Translations under genes and position numbers: made by a program
Notes under the pieces: generated by a model
What the model was told of the DNA's origin: nothing
The model's input: only the letters and a program-made list of their open reading frames with translations
Databases searched by the model: none
From: Octopus bimaculoides
Lineage: Eukaryota
Length of the DNA stretch: 32,455 nt
NCBI RefSeq assembly: GCF_001194135.2
Contig: NC_068984.1
Coordinates: 101,750,520-101,782,974 of the forward strand
Direction: 5' to 3'
Shown here: positions 31,816 to 32,455 of the stretch, piece by piece
Layout: every line of letters begins with the position of its first letter
How positions within the stretch are numbered: the stretch's first letter is position 1

Positions 31816-31974
31816 AATCATTAGCATGCCATCTTCATGGTGTGTGTTCAAATTCCACCATGGTTTTTATCCTTTTAGTCTTGATAAAATAAGTACCAGT
31901 TGAATTAGCTTAACACCCTCCCCAAAATAGCTGGCTCTGTGCCAAAATTTGAAATCAATATTATTATTATTCAT

Positions 31975-32185
31975 AAGGTAACGAGCTGGCAGAATCGTTA
32001 GCAAGTCAGGTAAAATGCTCAACAGCATTTTGTCTATCTTTACATTTTGAGTTCAAACTCTGCCAAGGTCAACTTCGCCTTTCATCTTTTCAGATGTACC
32101 AGTTGAACACTGGGATTGATTTAACTGATAAACTTGCCCCTCGAATCACTGGCTTTGTACCAAAAAATTTGAAACCAGTATTATT
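31975..32185 (+). mobile_element. Third-family SINE, diverged
   Basis: ACGAGCTGGCAGAATCGTTAGC...GAGTTCAAACTCTGCC...AAATTTGAAACCAGTATT. Confidence 0.7.
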
Positions 32186-32455
32186 AAGGATAAACCTCTG
32201 TACCTGGCTTTCGTTGACATGGAGAAAGCCTTTGACAGGGTCCCCCGATCCCTTATCTGGTGGTCAATGAGGAAACTTGGGATAGAAGAATGGTTAGTGA
32301 GAGCTGTGCGAGCCATGTACAGAGATGCTGCCAGTAAGGTGAGGGTTGGAAATGAGTACAGTAATGAATTCCGGGTAGAGGTAGGGGTCCACCAAGGTTC
32401 CGTCCTCAGCCCCCTCCTATTTATCATAGTCCTCCAGGCAATCACAGAGGAGTTC
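32186..32455 (+). mobile_element. RTE LINE reverse-transcriptase fragment running off the window
   Basis: Open frame KDKPLYLAFVDMEKAFDRVPRSLIWWSMRKLG...GVHQGSVLSPLLFIIVLQAITEEF contains non-LTR RT motifs. Confidence 0.92.

Overview
AT-rich, repeat-dense eukaryotic genomic DNA from a gapped scaffold assembly. The repeat families (tRNA-headed SINEs with internal (TA)/(TG) microsatellites, RTE LINEs with (GAT)n tails, mariner/Tc1 elements, Penelope-like fragments) look like those of Octopus, but the species is an inference. Most listed ORFs are microsatellite, N-gap or transposon artefacts. One real gene, missing from the ORF track, can be assembled on the + strand from three phase-compatible exons (13918-14008, 24690-24759, 28729-28987). 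It encodes a 139-aa single-pass membrane protein with no signal peptide, a Ser/Thr-rich N-terminus, juxtamembrane cysteines and an acidic tail with several tyrosines, an architecture like transmembrane adaptor proteins. The window also holds five minimal type I hammerhead-ribozyme motifs, all decayed or variant, with different palindromic helix III loops. One lies in the gene's intron between two hairpins that would sequester it. Other notable structures: a foldback element with head-to-head telomeric repeats, a terminally redundant tRNA-containing insert with a 10-bp TSD, and a ~500-bp TSD-like duplication around a SINE. All alignments and folds were done by eye, so repeat boundaries are approximate.
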